The notes: generated by a model from the letters alone, not told the origin. A DNA stretch of 52,617 bases from Vicugna vicugna (GCA_013265495.1 MU057552.1:164741-217357); one strand, 5' to 3'. Counted from the first letter of the stretch, positions 1 to 14,050 are shown. Made by a program: numbers and translations.

Positions 1-83
1 TGCTAATACCTCACCTGCTTTGAATTGTTTCATCCTGACAGCAGCCTGGGCAGTGGAAGTTTCATCTCCCCATTTTATTTCAA

Positions 84-162
84 CTTTTTTTGTCGGAAGT
101 ATAGTTCGTTTACAATATTGTGCTAAATCTTGGTGTACAACATAGTGATTCAGTTATATATG

Positions 163-196
<34 letters not shown>

Positions 197-279
197 CCTT
201 TTCATATTCTTTTTCACTATAGGCTACTACAATGTATTGATTGTAGTTCCCTGTGCTATACAGTAGGACCTTGTTGTTT
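84..279 (-). mobile_element. 5'-truncated L1 3'-end fragment (artiodactyl-type tail) with internal (TA)n
   Basis: T-run followed by gaagtatagtt..tacaatattgtg..gtgtacaacatagtgattcag..agttccctgtgctatacagtaggaccttgttgttt, the reverse complement of a typical L1 3' UTR end; (TA)n at ~155-195. Confidence 0.75.
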
Positions 280-1459
280 GATGCAAAAATTTCTAGACAA
301 TTTGCAAACTAAATCTAGCCATGCATATGACAGAGTTCAGTTTATCTCAGGATTTAAATGTGGTTTTGGTCTCTGGGATCTCTTTATCAATTTATCATAA
401 TTAAAGAGCCTATGGACCCCTTTTCAGAAAAATGTTTTAAAATCATAAGATTTAGAGAATATAGAAGGAAGATAATTATACTGAAAAGCAGATATCAAAA
501 TATAGAAATGGACACTTGTGATACAGTAACATCTGAATTATTGGAAGAATGTGTTGAATAAAAGGATCCAGGCGTGGGTCTACTAACCGCAACATTCTGC
601 CATAGCAGTGAGTGTAAATCATTTTCTGAGATCTGCAACAATTGCATTTTGAATGTAAATAAAGTTAAATAACAAATAAGCCATGAAGTGTGGATTCAAA
701 TTCAAGGGTATCTTGAGTCCATATCCCCATCACTTCCCAGAGCTCCCTGCTCTTCTCCTAATATCATTGAAAGAAGTGGAGAAAGTTTGCTAAGCGAAGG
801 GCATGTTCCATTGCAAAGAAATCTCGTAGCAAACCTGGAAGCGTGGTCAGTGAACAGTTAACGCTGAGATCAGAGGCAGTAGGAAACCTAGCAGGGGCAA
901 TTCTTTAAAGGTCACATCATATACTCTGTGTGTCCGTGTGTGTGTGCATACACATGTGTGTGCATGTACAGTGTATACACCAGCCTTTTGTGTGAAGCCT
1001 CCTCATTGTCTAAATTTGAAATCCATCCAAAAGTGCAATGCAGTCAGCCAAAGCTCTGCCAGATGTTCAGTTGTCTGTTGCTGCTCTGTCTCTTCTGCTG
1101 AATTCCATGAGTAAACCAATTGCCAGCTGTTGCTTTCAGGGACAACAGCTTTGTAGGCTACAGGTTCATGCCTTGTTTCACTGTCAACTCTGATTTCTTT
1201 TCAGGACAAATTGCCATTTGAAAAAGAGAGAAGCATTCAGTTGACCCACAAGCCTCTGAGTGAGGGAAAAAGATAACCTTAGAGACAGGTCTGTGGGACA
1301 GCATCCAGGAGGGGGCAGAGCACTGGGCTGTGAGTCGAGGCTGTATTTCTTTCATGTTCTGCACTGACTTTGAGGCGGTATGTCACTTCTTTGGCCCTTG
1401 ATTTGTTCAGCTTAAATTAGGGTCTTGGACCTGTTTGATCCAAAGTTAGAGTATCACTT

Positions 1460-1810
1460 TTCTGCTCGGTGACCCTCCATGGCTCCCCAGTTCCTTCAAG
1501 GGGAAAAATGCCCACATCCTCACTGCAGTCTCTTAGGCTCCACCCCCAAAACCACCACTTAGTTCCTGTTCACTCTGGCCCACACCAGCCTCCGTGCTGT
1601 CTGTCCAGCGTGAGGGACCTCCAAGCCTGTGATCACTGTTCCCTCTGCCCCTCCTCTGCCCACCCTTTGCCTCCGTCTTTGCCTTATTCAAAGGTCAGTG
1701 CTCCATCCCCACTCCTCCCTACCACAAATTCCTTACCCTCCTTTTTCCTCTGCAGTACTTATCACCAGCTCACAGACCCTGTATGTCTTTCTTTAACTTA
1801 TTTTCTCTGA
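1460..1810 (+). mobile_element. Ancient L2-like LINE fragment
   Basis: C/T-rich tract with L2-like motifs (ctccatggctcccca, cactctggcccacaccagcctcc, gcagtacttatcacca); recognised by eye only. Confidence 0.45.
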
Positions 1811-2147
1811 CGATTTTCAGGCTGAAAAGACCATGGTGGATAATAGCAGAGAAATGGGGGGAAAAAAGACAAATTAGGGAAGGTATATTCTAAAAGCTAA
1901 AATGCCTGCCTGAACAGGAGTTAGGAGATAAAGTAGTAGTCATTACAGTTTTGGTAAACCCCAGGAATGTAGTCAGGACTAGCTTTCACAATATTTGGGG
2001 GTACGGAGGCAACAATAAAAAGAAATTTATCCTGAAAACAAGAAATTAAATTCTTGAGAATATTATGTGCTCAGCTTGAAATGTCAGTAATGCATTTATG
2101 ACCTTGGTCTGATAATATCCTGCCTTATAATTTGATCTGTTTGGCAG

Positions 2148-2271
2148 CTGGGTCATGAATCTAATTGTGCTGCAGTTTTGGGAGCAGAACAGACCACCCC
2201 ACGATGGAAACGGTACAACCATCTGCAGCCCATGGGCAAACTGGGGTTATTTTATGAATACCTTGAAATGA
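2148..2271 (+). pseudogene. ANO6: ANO6 pseudo-exon A (probably human exon 16 equivalent)
   Basis: ttggcAG acceptor at 2146-2147; reads WVMNLI, then a frame change, then GAEQTTPRWKRYNHLQPMGKLGLFYEYLEM (ANO6 as recalled: WIMNLIGRFHRVSGSEKITPRWEQDYHLQPMGKLGLFYEYLEM); GTAAG donor at 2272. It is 124 nt, 7 nt shorter than the recalled peptide needs. Confidence 0.9.
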
Positions 2272-4149
2272 GTAAGACAGCAGTGGAGATTTCAGTGCTG
2301 TTGGTTATACTAGAGTATGTTTTGGGTCTCAGAAATATCGGTTACCTAGCCAAACAATGACCTAGCATACAGAAATGGAGCCCGATTTTCTACATTAGAT
2401 ACAATTATGCAGTCAGGCTTTCGAATAGGGTGCCTGTGTGTATTTTTGTCAATATTTACATTGTACAAAGCTGAAGATTTACTTCCAAGGAATGAAATGG
2501 AATATTCATTCAGGTACATCTCCACCATTAATTCTCAGAGCCTTCTGGTCATGTTGTCTAAGGATGAACTCAGAACCGTTACTAGATGTGACTCAGCTCA
2601 GGCTGTAGTCCATGTGGCACAACTGTTAGCTGATATCCTTCAGAGCCATGTGAGCCAGCCAGCCTGTGCAGAAAGCCCGCAAGAGCATCCTGCCTCATGG
2701 CAGCAAGGTTCACAGGGTCACCCCTATCACATCTCACACCTGCCTTTGTCATTGTTCCTATTTCCTCTGGCTGATGGTTTCTGCTTGGTTCCTTGAGTGA
2801 TCTCATGGCACATCACTGGCTTGAATTCAGGATGAATTTGCTGATCTGGAATATCGGTTGAGCACAGATCCCCTCCTTCTCCAATGTCTGTGTCCATTTC
2901 TGTACATTTGCTTGGGCTCTGTTTCTCTTTGGCTGAACTTGGTTTTGAGCTCTCGGTTTCCTTTAAATGGTTGCATCTCAAAATAGATTTCCATAGGAAA
3001 CGTCATCTTTTCTATTATGCATGGCGCACTTTTATCTACTAGAAGGCTGATGATGTTCACGTTTTGTATCTGAGCTCTTTCAGCTCACCACTGCCTTGAA
3101 TTAGTTTTTTTTTTTTTAAACTTAGGAGAACAGGAAAGGATTTTGGTCAATAGGCTTTGCATTTATGCATGGGGGTTCATGTTTGCAAAGGCACCCCTTT
3201 GTGCTTCCTGTTTATAAGTCTACAGATAGAGTTTTTCTTTTTCCTAAATCACATTCTATATGTAAAATAATTGCTTTTAAAAATATACATTATACATGGA
3301 AACACATCTGGTTCCTTCGGTGAGTGAAAAGTCATCTTGTGGCATCTTCAGTCAGCGATGTTTTGTGGCCTGGTGTCTGATTTGAGTTTCATTTTTGCTT
3401 TTGTTGTGTTTCACGACCAGGTTCCATTAAGGGTGCAGCTGCAGTCCCTGGTGTAGAAGTTATGTTCATTTATTTTGCTTATTTTCAAAAAGACTATTAG
3501 CCAATGTCCTGTTATTCCAAAATGAGTCATAATTGTAAATATTTCTTATTGGGGCTATTATCAGCATTAATAATAACAACATTCTGGGGGCAGCATATCA
3601 TTTGTTATTTTAACACACACGAAAAAAGCCTTGGAGAAAATTTATTGTTCTAGTTAAGTCAAATAAAGGGCATTGAAAGGAAAAATTGTATGCTTTGGGG
3701 AGAAATTTATAGGACTTTTAGAACATTATAGTCTCATTAAAATGCCAATTAAATAATTCAGCCTCCCCCTACCCTGCAAAAAAGGATGGAGTAACAGCTA
3801 TTCTAGAGAGATTTTTCAGACTTATTAGTTTTCCTATTATCTAAATATTCCCTAATGAATTAGAAAAATTAATCAATTTCTGAGAGTAGGCAGTCTGTTA
3901 TTCTATATTCAATGCTAGATTGAAACCTATTTTTTGTTCTTTTGGCTCATGAGAGATAGAATTTCCAAGTGTTTTTTGAATTATTTTTGTTCCTCTAAAA
4001 TAAAGTGCCTTTGATGGTGATCTCCTGACCAGAGTTTCCTCCTCCCAGTTTTCCCCATGATCATTAATGACACCCTACCTGCCTTTTTACTTATGTCTCT
4101 TAGGTGCTGAAGGGGAACAGCTTCTGACAGATGACCCTGGAGCCCTCCA

Positions 4150-4470
4150 CCCATGCTTTGTTAGTCCTCGCACCCAGCCACCAACCCTAGTCTCCTTTGC
4201 CTGAAGTATCTTTCTCTGCTTTTCTGCCTGGAAGTGTTCTTGCCACACCTTGGCAGGAACCTCTCCAATGTTTACAGATTTTCTGCTCTCCTCTCTAGGC
4301 ATTAATTGCACTTGATTCTTGTCTTGGTGGTGTGTGATCGTGTCCGTGTCCACTGTGCTCCCTGGCTGGACTGATCCTGTCAGAGGCAGTAGTCAGTCTT
4401 TGCATCTTCCCATCCATGTCCAGAGCACCACAACCTGGACACTGGTTCTCATACATGACTAAGTGACTTA
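4150..4470 (+). mobile_element. Ancient L2-like 3' fragment
   Basis: L2 tail-like motifs (tctgcctggaagtgttct, tgtcagaggcag..gtctttgcatct..tgtccagagcacc..acctggacac). Confidence 0.4.
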
Positions 4471-5199
4471 AGCTTGGAGTTTCAACACACTCACATACAA
4501 CTGTTAGATGAGTTGGCACTAACATTGCCCCCACGGCCCCCACAAGGTTCTACATGGCATATGTTTTCTTCTGAGTTAAATTTCTCTTTAATTTGTTTTA
4601 GTGAATTTCCCACCATCCTTTGAGATTATTAGAGTAACCCTGAGTTGTTAACCACAATAGCTCTCCCCCCACCAGCGAATGATCCTGCCATCTGAGAACT
4701 CAGACATGAGACATAAGAGTAATAATCTATCTGTCTTAAAATCTGGAAGTCTTAAGATACCATTTTGTACTTAGGGCACCCACAGCACAAACGCCAGTCT
4801 CTCAAGAATTTGGCGATGCCTTCCCAGAGGGTGGGTGCCAAAAGTGAAATGCAGTGAGAGATGAAATAAGAGCTCTTTGTCTCTGGTACTTCTTCTTCCA
4901 CCTGTGCTGTGTTAACTTGATTTTCACTTCATATAGTATTTTTTCCTTTTAATTTACTGCAGTTAATATCAGTTGTTCTTCAACGTCTCCTTGAACCCAC
5001 CCCCTTCATTCCCACTCTCTCCAGTGCTATCCCACCCATGCCTCTCCTGCGCTCTCCAGGACCAGGCCTGTCTCCCCCACGCCCTCACCTCTGCTCTGTC
5101 TGCCCACCCGCTGCACTGACATTTCCTTAACTCCACAGAATGAACTTTCCAAAATGGCAGCTGAGTAACTGGGGGGAGTTGTAGACCTCTCATCTCTTT

Positions 5200-6350
5200 A
5201 CTCACTCATTCATTTATCCACCCAACAAACATTGAGCACCTGCTTTGCCAAACACTGTATCAACTGCTGGGGAGACCAAGACAGGTAAGACTTGGTGTCT
5301 GCACTCTCCAGGCCAAATGAGGCATGGTGAGTAGTTGATGGATTGCTAAGCAGGTGAACACAAATTGGACTTCCTACAGCTGGAGATAGTTGAACTGAAT
5401 TTTGAAAGGTGAATGGAAGTTAGCTCTCTAACATGTGGTAGAGGGAGTGGACACTTCATTCAGAGAGGTAGAGACATATAAGAGTACACGGCATGAAGCT
5501 GCTTGGCCAGACTGAAGAACAAGTAGGTCTAGAACAAAGGATCCACAGGTGGGAATATCAGGTGCACAAGGCCTCTGTCACGATGGGTCTTGTGTACTTA
5601 GACTTGAATACATTCTTTAAGGATACATCCTTAAAGAAACAGGGATATATTGGAATATTTGTGAGTAAGAGAATTGCATAATGTTTATGTTGAAGAAGAT
5701 CTGGTTATTCTGGAAGCAGAATGGAAGATAATACTTTGGGGGGAGGCCCATACTTGGGGGGGAAAGGATATTTCAGGGGGCCACCCCAGGTAACCCAGAC
5801 AACTAGTGGCACACGCCTGCAGAGAGGCGCTGGGCAGAGGGATAGAGACGAGGGCGGCAGATGCGGTAAGTGCTGCAGAGGTTACTGCGTGGTGGGGTAG
5901 CACAGAGCTGCTGAGATGAACTTCCAGTGACCCATCTGGAGAGCAGATCTGCAGGGGGAGTGTAAGGGGAGGAGCTGGTTTCGAGGAGATGGTTCTGTGT
6001 GTGGCATTTTGTCTGTGAAGTGTCTATGGGACATCTGAGGGGTGATGTCCGTTGTTAAGCTGGATTCACCAGTCAGGAACTCAGAGGAGCTGTGAGTGAG
6101 GCCGTGAGGGCGACTCAGTCCTGCCAAGCGGAGGGTTGAAGATAACGCCCTGGGGAAAAGGACCATGTACATGGCAAATTGGAAAGAGGAATCCACCAAG
6201 AGAAAGAAGAACAGCAGAGCAGTTGGGAGAAAACTAGTTGAGGCAACACAGAGAAGGCTGTAACCTGGCTTAAGAGAGATTTGAACACTGACTAAAAGGA
6301 GCATAGTGAGAAAGGTGGGTGTGCAGGGCAAAAAAGCAAGAGCTAAAGCC
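5200..6350 (-). mobile_element. Ancient L2-like LINE fragments, reverse orientation
   Basis: Starts with tcactcattcattt..caacaaacattgagcacctgct..tgcca (reverse of the L2 3' end) and continues as purine-rich L2-like sequence (gggacatctgaggggtgatgtcc, agtcaggaactcagaggag). Confidence 0.55.
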
Positions 6351-6889
6351 TACCTTTAATTGCTAAGACTGGGGAAATGGAGGAAGAGAACTATACTTAG
6401 GTAGCCTTTAAAAAACAGATCTGTGTATATCTGCCTGGGCTTTATAATTTTATTTAAGTAAAACAAAAATCAAGGGGAAAGAACATTCCACAGAGAGGAA
6501 AATATTTGTCCACAGCAAAAGCTACCTGGTAATCAAATAAACAGGGACTGAAAATGCCCACTGGTTTGGAACTTGCAGCCACCGACAGTGCAACTCCTTC
6601 TCAGTGCCACGGTGAGGGCCGTGGGGGATGCAGGGCTCTGAACCCTGGAGGAGTCATCAGCACAGGTACTTCTCCAAGAAACTGGACTTTAAAGGGAAGA
6701 AGAAAGTGTATAAAGTATCAAAGATCAATACAGGGCCGTGAGAGAGGGTCAGGTGAGGGTTAGTTTTGTTTTACAGTGGGCGTTTCTGGCCTTGCTGAGT
6801 TGCTAGGCCTTTGTTGTTGTTGGTCTTTGTTCCAAAAGCTTTTTAGAAAGTTCTTCTCGCTTGAATATCTGAACAGATTAAATCATGTT

Positions 6890-7480
6890 GGTTTTTTTTT
6901 TCTGGCGTTTTATTTTTTAATTAAAAAAGTTATCTGGAATTTATTTTAATGTCAAAAGTGAGGATACTGTTCCAGGACTTCCAATGATTTAGCTAATTAC
7001 TCCAGTAGTTGAATCCACTGATTTGAAGTGTCAGTTTTATAATATTACTAAAATCTCATAAATATCCACGTCTGTTCTTGAAATGTATTCTGTTTCATTC
7101 ATAATCTCAGTGCACTATTTCTAAACTGTTTCCATGACCATAGATTAATACCTCCTAGAGTTGGTCCTATTTTATCCTTTTCCAGAAGGTCCCTAATATT
7201 ACCAGTTCAAACATCCCTCCTCATTATTTTACTTGTTTATTTGTGTATATTTCTGGAAGAATTTTAGGATCACCTTTCAGCTTTTTTTCTTAGATCCATT
7301 TGGGATTATTAACTAAACTTGCATTCAGATTCTAAATTTATTTTGGAGAAAAGGTGTGCTATGTCCCCCAAACTTGAGTTTGCCCAATGAAGAGTATGGT
7401 GCATTCTACTGTTCATTCAATCATCTTTTTTTTCTTTCTTTTTTTAACTCATTTATCAGAACCATTTTAATTTTTTTAAC
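6890..7480 (-). mobile_element. Very old L1 (L1ME-like) fragment
   Basis: T-rich degenerate antisense L1 ORF2-like phrases (tttgggattatt..ttgcattcagattctaaatttattttggaga; ccaatgaagagtatggtg..ttcattcaatc). Confidence 0.35.
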
Positions 7481-8913
7481 TAATTTATTTCTAAATAGTC
7501 CGTGCCTTTGTTTTCATTATAAATGATTTCTGGGATTTGAACTGGGTTGATTGCTAATAAAGTCTTAATTTCTGGCTTCTCTTGAGTGAGAAGGAGATCT
7601 GACAGTGTGGGGCCCTCTTTCTGGTGATTGTGAGCAGTGCATTTCATTAGGATATCCACTTGCCAATTTGCCAGTAACTGCCCCCACTCCACACATTTCT
7701 GTTACTTACCTGGCCCCTGTGGGCAGATGAGTTCATGTAGGGTTAGGTGGGTTATGGACACAGATACTGACATCACTGCTGCCATGCTGCTGACCCTGTG
7801 GCATCACTAACTCTGGTTCTTGCGTCTCTGACCTCCCTGAATATGACAGCTCCTTCTGTGCTGTGGAGCTGCTGCATCTTTCCAACACTGTCTGCTTTTC
7901 TGCAACACACCCCTGCCTCTCAGGTTAGAAGCAAATGTCAGCTCCTCCTACTCATCCACCCCATCCAGGGTCTTGCCGTTCCTGGTCAGAGTGGTCCCTA
8001 TCCCTTGACTGAGCAGTAACCCTAAAGGGACCATAAATTTGCCTCTCATCCACTGTCTTAGTTACATACCTGTGCTAGTTTACTTTAAAGGTCTGCCAGT
8101 TAGAAGGGGAGGGTCTAAAAGTCTTTTAGATCTCTGGCCTTATTATTTCTAACTGCTCCCCCACCGCATGGAACAGCTTACTACAGGTCACTGCTGCCTC
8201 ATCTGTAACAACGCCATGTAAATTACAGACAAAGAGAAAAGAACTTCCAAGCCACCACCATAACTTTGACTTCCTGTGACTACACAGACCATAGAAATAT
8301 CAATATAAAAATTCCTGAAGAAGGATATTTTGCTTATGAAGGCACTTTAATTGCATACCTTTCTGTGACTTGTAATAACTTCATAGACCATCTGGATGTG
8401 CTGCACTCACCTTCCCAGACTCAAGGGAGCTTGCTCACTTGCCTGTTTGCAGCATATTTCCTCCAACATTCTCTATGCAGAGCTTTCCCAAAGGTACATT
8501 CCTTATTCCTATTTAAATTGTTAGATAAATCCACAATATTCTTTTTTTAATACTCAATTACAAATCATCTTCCAAGATTGTATTTTTCAACACAGAGAGT
8601 GAATAATATGCTTCAAGATTCCCAAGTTTATTACCAGCAAATAACTACGGTTGGTTAAAGATTTTTAAGTATGTTATTCCTACTAAGGGTATATACGTGA
8701 AAGAAACAGGTTGTAATGAGTCTTCTTCCGAGAGATTTTATATTTGCCTTTTGTTTGGATTCTTTCACTGTTGAACATTATTATTACCATGAATGTCTTT
8801 TCTCTTTGGGATTTAGTTCACCGTTTGCCCCTCTCTCTTTACAGGAGTAAAGGAATATATGTTGTCTTTCCATCCATCCACCACTTCATGATGTGTGTTC
8901 ATTCCTTCAACAG

Positions 8914-9121
8914 GTATTCAGCTTGGATTCACCACCTTATTTGTGGCCTCTTTTCCACTGGCCCCTCTGTTGGTTCTGGAGAACAATATATTGAAAATCA
9001 GAGTGGACACGTGGAAACTTGACTACCCAGTAGAGTTGCATGGTGCCAGAAAAAGCCCAGGATGTCGGATCGTGGCTGCCCATCATGCAAGGAACAGCAA
9101 TTCTGGCTGTGTTGGACCAAT
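8914..9121 (+). pseudogene. ANO6: ANO6 pseudo-exon B (probably exon 17 equivalent)
   Basis: caacAG acceptor at 8912-8913; [34 protein letters not shown], +1 frameshift at ~9019, then [30 protein letters not shown] with TAG at 9031-9033, a second +1 near 9114, and a GTGAGT donor at 9122. Confidence 0.92.
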
Positions 9122-10137
9122 GTGAGTAAAAAGGCTTCACAGGGTGAAGACCTTGAAAAGTCCAAAAATGCATTAGAGGTGTTTCCTAAGGAATCCAGTG
9201 TTGGGTATTGTTTAATATGAGAGGGAGATGCTAACACTATCATCATTATAAACAACATAGTTGTTGTAACTGTAATTATTATTTTTAATATATTTTCTTT
9301 ATAATTATTATTTGTGACTTACAAGACCTCTTACAGAGGCAGTTGTTAAGAAGTGTGACCATTATACTGTTGCTGAAGTGTTAATTCAGTAGAAGTGTGG
9401 TAATAGTATTAATAAGTACTCAATCTTTTGATCCTCTCATGACTGTAAAGGTTACCCAGCAGTGCTTGTATAATGGAGATAGAAATCTATCCATTTAAGA
9501 GTTTGTAGAACCTAAAATAAGAGCAGTCATTCCACTATATTTTACTGTATATTCCAGACTATCAGTTTAAAGTGGGAATTACCTGATGAGGCCATATAAA
9601 CACTTTGTGCATCCCCAAACATTCATTACCTTCCTGGTTCCCTGGGGCAGAGGTTCTTCCAGGGGGTGGTCCCATCTCTCCTCCCCACCCCACTTTTGGC
9701 CTTTACTACCCACTGTTGTTCATTAGCTAAGCATCCTCATGCCCTGAATATCTGAGCTGTGAGGGAACAGAACTCAGCTATTAACAAACTGTATTGAATA
9801 CGACCAGTCTGAAGAGTCTCTCTCCTTCCCTGCCTCCACACCCACAGGGCAACAGGGGGCTCACAACCACAGTGACTCCCATGCCAGTCCATCAGGGAAC
9901 CTCCTTCCCTAGAAATACTCCTACAACCAGGGCTGTTTCCTCCCTTACTTCACTGCCAATTTCACTCCCAGTTTACAGTCCCCAACAAAAGGCTGTGCCA
10001 GTTTGAATTTCTTAATCAAGTCACACTGGCCCTGAGTCCCTGGCATTTTCCCATGAGCAGTCATAGAAGAAGAACAGGGCCTGGCAGTGGCTGTGGGCCA
10101 GGTTCCTGAGTGAGGGGACTTGCTGGGCACTTCAGGT

Positions 10138-10360
10138 TTTAGAGTCTGGCCCGAGCTCAGCTCCCAGCATGGCAGATTTCCATCTGCATGATTTCGGGCC
10201 AGGCTTCAACAGTTCAGAGCTTCATTTTATCATCTGCAAACAGAATAATTCCCTGCCACATATTTTAAGACTGTTATGTACCATAAAGAGTGCTTAGGGA
10301 ATTCAGTGAGTCAATGCATGGAAGTCACACAACCTGGTCCTCAGGGAATGTTAGTTATCA
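10138..10360 (+). mobile_element. MIR-like SINE fragment
   Basis: ttttagagtc..atgatttcgggccaggcttcaac..cagagcttcattttatcatctgcaaa..gaataat resembles the MIR core. Confidence 0.5.
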
Positions 10361-11746
10361 GTTAGTTATCTATGCACCATCAATAAAATTGGCTGCACAG
10401 ACTTGGCCAGGTATCAAAGCTACAGGCACAAGAATTTGACAATATGTCACTGTCTGGATCATAATCACAATTTTACACAGTAAAACAAGATTCCTGGGAC
10501 CACCTAGCTGTCAGCCCACCTGACTCCCCACCTGAAGAACCCTCAATTTATCGGATTTGCTTGCTACCCCTACTTTTTGGAGAAAGCTGGCAAATCACAC
10601 ACAGTCAATGACTGCTAGGTTATGTCCATTCCCATTCACTCAAATTGCCCCATTGTCAGTATCCACTGTGCTGCAAAACATAGACTAATGTTCAGAAATA
10701 TGACAGTGAGGCCTTTCCAGTTCCACATTCAGAGAAGTATGAATCTGTCATGTTTAATATGTCATATGACACTAAGCAAGGCAGGAAAGTAGGCTCTGTG
10801 CTTTAAGAAAATTTTTAGCAACAGCTTTTAAAATTAAAAGTGTTTTTGTTTGACCTTCAGCTAACCAGAAAATTCAATTGATTCTTATTACCCATTACTC
10901 AGGTGTCCTGGTTTGGTTGTATTAGGCACTTTTTCCTCATAACCCCAACATGGCTTTGCTCCATCAGCACAGATGGAGTGTCTCCAAGGCTGCTCCGTGT
11001 GCATGGGTGTGTTTGTGTACACACGTGCACCCACTGATTGGTGCCACTGATTGATATCCAGGAGTTGTTCTGCCTTATTACTCAGGCATTGCTTTATTAT
11101 ACCATAGAAGACTGCTTTTAGATCATTGATTGTACTATAGACCATCCTCTTGCCCACATTAGGAAATGACATCTTCCAAGACACAGGTCTTGTTTGCTTG
11201 TATATATGTATAAGTAAGAATTAAACATGTATGTCATCCCCTTACATATTTAATTTGTGCCTTTGCAATCAAATGTGCATAGTAAAGGCTAACTTCCCAT
11301 AACAGGAGAACTTTAAGGAAATAAGAAGAAGAAATTAGCCACCAGGGAGAAGATAGGGCATCAAGCAGGAGTTTGGTATCAAATCATTTATTCTAAACCT
11401 GCTCTGGCTCAATAAATAAGTGGGATTGACATTGTTGTATCATGCCAGAGCATTTGCTATTGAAGGCCGATTTTAATTTACTTTGATATAAGTGGAAAAT
11501 TGTGTTGGAACAACATGGGAAATGAATCACAGTGCATCTATCTGTACTCCTGCAGTGTGTCTCAGAGCTGCTTAACTTTGAGGAAAATTATGTTGCCAGG
11601 AGACAATAGAATTGTTTTCCTTGTTGGAAATTTTGTAGCTTCCAGAAGCACATCTGCAGGTGATTCTGTAAAAGTCTAGGGTTGAATTAAATAACAGGAA
11701 ATTTTAACCTATTGAAATCTAGGAGAAGTGAAATATTTTTGCTTAA

Positions 11747-11775
11747 CACCACCACCACCACCACCATCACCACCA
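11747..11775. repeat. (CAC)n microsatellite
   Basis: cacaccaccaccaccaccaccatcaccacca read directly. Confidence 0.85.
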
Positions 11776-11833
11776 GGCAAGCACGTGTACACCCAGAGAG
11801 ATTTCACATCAGAGGAAATGACAAAGCTGGTTC

Positions 11834-12357
11834 TGTTACTGAGGCCAAACTTGTTCTGCTCATGGCACAACAGTGATAAATAAATAAATCAGGAGTTGAG
11901 GTTTTGGGGCAAGGAATAGTAACTTTATTCAGAAAGCTGGCAGACCAAGAAGATGGGGGACTAATGTCCTGGAGAACCATCTTGCCCAAGTCTGAATTCA
12001 GGCTCCTTTTAAACTAAAAAGGAGAGGGGGTGTGGTTGATTGTGCAAACTTCTTGCTGCAGGCATTCTTTGTTCTTGTAGCCATCCATGTGGGTCAGGCT
12101 ATGGTGTCCCTGTAAACCTCCAACAAAACAATGGTTATTCCCTATTTTGCAACTTGCCATCTCTGCATAAGTTCAGAAGTGCTAACATCCTTAAAGGTCA
12201 GAGCCCCGAGAATAGGCTTTCCTGTAGGTTTTAGGCTAAAGGCAATGTTGTTTTACAAAAGATGCAGAGCCAGAAAGATTAAGCCTGGAAAACAAGGCAC
12301 AGTGCTTCAAAGTAAAGGAACAGATCCATTATGGCATCAGAATTGTTCTCTATTACA
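11834..12357 (-). mobile_element. Solo ERV1-class LTR (524 bp)
   Basis: TG...CA termini (tgtta...ttaca), perfect 4-bp target-site duplication GTTC at 11830-11833 and 12358-12361, minus-strand AATAAA at 11924-11929. Confidence 0.85.
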
Positions 12358-13598
12358 GTTCTAGTTGGGGGAAATTTTGCAATAGAAAATCCCCTTAGTT
12401 GTTTTTCTTGCTTTGCCTAAGATATTGTTTGTTGGCTTGTGGTCTCATGGTGTCTAAACCGTATGTTCAGATGAATACTACTAAAATCATATGGTGCAGA
12501 AACATATATGTTCTGCTTCAAAAAATGACTGAAACATTTAGCTTTGTTTATTACCATAGAATTTGGATTGAAGCTATTCTCGACTTTCTTCTACCTTCAA
12601 ACCAGTTTTTTACTGGAGGGTTTATAGCCCAAATTAAAAAATTTTGGAGAAAACTCATGTTATTCATAAAAGCTTTATATCTGAATTTAAGATTAACCCA
12701 TATTTATACTTTTAACCACAGTAAATTTTGTTAGTTGATCTCTTATGACATTTTTAACTTTGTCCATATAATCTTTTGGAAGTTGAGAGGCTTAGACACT
12801 TGATCTAACAAAACAGGTATCATTGCTTGACTCTGTGAATGGAAGAATCCCAGTATAGTTTCCTGCTAGTATATTATATTAAAAATAATAAAGAATTCTT
12901 GCTATCTAATAAAGCAACAGACAGAAGCAATACTGAGTGTTTAAAATAAATCAGATTGTGGTTTCACTTATCTAAACAAGTGAAGATAGTATAGGGAAAA
13001 ATTATGAATTTGAAGGAAAATATATTTTATGCAATTAATATTTTATCTTTAAGAAGTAAATGATTAAAAACCAATTTTTAATCATTTATCTACAAAGGAG
13101 TTATATAAAGCCAACATTTTCATAAGTGTTACATATACAAAATGGCTATCTAAATATACATTATTAAAGAATAAATTATACCAAATTGATCTCCAAGGTT
13201 GATTGATTTTCATGATATTTCTAATTTTTGATAACATAACTTTCATATAACATATCCAAGTAGCTCTTGAGTTATCCACAGTACCCTAGTCTACAGTTAT
13301 GTTTTCTGTACTTAAAAAATGTAATAGGCAAGGATCAAGCCCTTGCTTTTGAACTGCCAGTGGACTTCTGGATATTCCCTTAAGTTAAAGGTGAAAAGCA
13401 AAATAACTGTTCTACTTTAAAGCAGTTGCTCAAAGATTTTAAGACATTCACTGTCTATATTCAGTTTACAGGAAAGAATTAAGTTTTCTGAATCTTAAAA
13501 AAAATCTACTGCTGAAAATGAAATTCTGGCATGTCTGTTGACCATAACTATAAAGGCTGTAAATTAATGCTCCCTTTACTGTTTTCTTCCCAGCATAG

Positions 13599-13798
13599 GA
13601 CATGATCATCACTTTCACACCAGACACGATCTCCTGTCTGGTGTATTACTGGTCATTCTCTGTCCCAACCAAGGGTGACCACCTGCATGGAGGTGGAGGG
13701 ACAAAACAACAACACCCTCTGCTATTTCAGCATCATGGACTTCAAAGCAAAAGCAAGGAAAATTCATACATTAGGCTTAGCAACCATACCTCATGCAG
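13599..13798 (+). pseudogene. ANO6: ANO6 pseudo-exon C (probably exon 18 equivalent)
   Basis: catAG acceptor at 13597-13598; DMIITFTPDTISCLVYYWSFSVPTKGDH; the middle (VEGQNNNTLCYFSIMDFK, cf. MEGYINNTLSIFKVADFK) lies in another frame; then KSKENSYIRLSNHTSCR and a GTAAG donor at 13799. This implies two compensating frameshifts. Confidence 0.9.
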
Positions 13799-14050
13799 GT
13801 AAGTTCTGTTTACAGGTGTTTAAAAATGCATTTCATCTTTTGTAAGACTTTTATTGTTATATAATTCTGCTTGGTATCACAGCTGCCAGAGGGTTTTTTT
13901 TCAAGTTTTCTTTTTAGATTAACTTAAACAAGGAAAAGATATAAAAGTTAATACAGACCAGAGTTAGAAACTTCAAACCAAACCATAAAGCAACATTTTA
14001 AAATGAGAGTTTCAAGTGAGTACAGGGAGGTGGATCCAGGAGAAAACTCT

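Larger units (their letters stand above)
2148..13798 (+). pseudogene. ANO6: Unprocessed partial pseudogene of anoctamin-6 (TMEM16F scramblase): three consecutive exons with introns of 6,642 and 4,477 bp
   Basis: Three ordered, same-strand segments translate to ANO6 motifs, each bounded by AG/GT. Every exon is disabled by frameshifts and/or a stop. The next exon (YRDFR...) was not found downstream. Confidence 0.9.

Noticed and set aside
2407..6331. Intronic ORFs of 129 aa (2407-2796) and 149 aa (5882-6331)
   Set aside because: No recognisable homology or exon boundaries; the second overlaps L2-like sequence.
13602..13802. Open reading frame across ANO6 exon C suggesting retained function
   Set aside because: The frame stays open only through compensating frameshifts that scramble the middle, and the upstream exons are disabled.
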